From NCBI GenBank assembly GCA_963718895.1, contig CAVRAG010000007.1:576001-640000 (forward strand): a DNA stretch of 64,000 nucleotides, read 5' to 3'. The position numbers and the translations under genes are program-made. This DNA is from an uncultured Nitrososphaerota archaeon (GTDB taxonomy: Archaea; Thermoproteota; Nitrososphaeria; Nitrososphaerales; Gagatemarchaeaceae). Shown in pieces: positions 63,313 to 64,000 of this stretch. Position 1 is the first letter of the stretch; each line of letters starts with the position of its first letter. The notes beneath the pieces are model-generated. The model was not told the origin of the DNA and searched no databases. It worked only from the letters and a program-made list of their open reading frames with translations.

Positions 63313-63723
63313 TCACACGTTGTCGGAGACAACGCTCTCCGGAACGACCTCCACGGAAAGGTGTTCCCTCTTCACTATCTCGGCGGCCATCCTCTTACCC
63401 TCCTTCGAGCCCATGTACAGAACGGCAAGCCTCTCGGTATCCAACCTTACGTTCCTGGCGACGGCGACCGTCGCTCGCCCCTTCACTGCTACCCACGAGT
63501 ATCCGTCATCGAAGAGGAGCGTGACCCTCCCGTCCCTCTCTATGTTCCGTATCTTCACGGCGGTCGCCGGCATGGTGAAAATGAAGAGCCCTGCCTGGTA
63601 CATCGACCAGGTCGGGGTCACGTGAGGAGAACCGTCGGCGTTGATGGACGCGAACTTGCAGAAGAGGGGCCTGCTCACGAACCTGAGCTCCCGCAGCGTC
63701 ATTCGCCGGTGCATGCCTGTCAA
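63313..63723 (-). CDS. PPOX-class (pyridoxamine oxidase-like, possibly F420-dependent) protein
   Basis: INADGSPHVTPTW, KIRNIERDGRV. Confidence 0.82.
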   Translation of the reverse strand: MTGMHRRMTLRELRFVSRPLFCKFASINADGSPHVTPTWSMYQAGLFIFTMPATAVKIRNIERDGRVTLLFDDGYSWVAVKGRATVAVARNVRLDTERLAVLYMGSKEGKRMAAEIVKREHLSVEVVPESVVSDNV

Positions 63724-63860
63724 CTGCGGCGCGCGTCGGTCTCCGGGAGAAAAGGCTTCTAGGGGTGGGGCTCACGGCCGATGAAGGGGGAGGCGACTCG
63801 CTTCCGTTGATACGGCTTCATCCCTGGCTCGGCCGGAGGTGTCGCTTAGACGTCCTAGGA

Positions 63861-64000
63861 TCAGGCCGCCCTGCGGACCCACGCTCGAGCGTCGTCGCGC
63901 CTGGTCTGAAGGTAGCAGAGAGCCAGCACCAGCAGGACCAGGGCTGGCTGTCCGATCGTGAAGGACCATCCTTCGAACGTTGAGAAGATTGCGTGTGCGT
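63861..64000 (-). CDS. C-terminal end of a membrane protein (partial)
   Basis: ...HAIFSTFEGWSFTIGQPALVLLVLALCYLQTRR...AA*. Confidence 0.5.
   Translation of the reverse strand, partial: AHAIFSTFEGWSFTIGQPALVLLVLALCYLQTRRDDARAWVRRAA

Noticed and set aside
1-64000. Many long antisense or shadow ORFs; CRISPR arrays, rRNA genes, transposases
   Set aside because: Shadow ORFs overlap well-supported genes and reflect high GC. No repeat-spacer array, rRNA or transposase signature was seen.

Overview
GC-rich archaeal chromosome segment. The gene set (LysW pathway, GINS-MCM-Hel308, RFC, Cdc6, EndA, DGGGP synthase) and cluster layout suggest a TACK archaeon, probably a non-ammonia-oxidising Nitrososphaerota; this is inferred, not searched. 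Contents: a LysW-dependent lysine/arginine cluster with two lysW carriers plus argGH and carAB; hisS, rfcS; a Liv-type ABC transporter; MCM with two tandem inteins; an SPFH/zinc-ribbon operon; a nucleobase salvage cluster; tRNA-Arg(UCG) with two BHB introns; an EndA subunit; rfcL, cdc6 and many housekeeping genes. About twenty single-base indels break genes and look like long-read errors. Main finding: carB carries a 21-nt, stop-containing insertion (9879-9899) inside the conserved GEFDYSG motif. It folds into a bulge-helix-bulge/loop, and cutting at the canonical splicing-endonuclease positions restores the motif exactly. This is a candidate tRNA-type intron in a protein-coding mRNA. All calls come from reading the sequence; no database searches were run.
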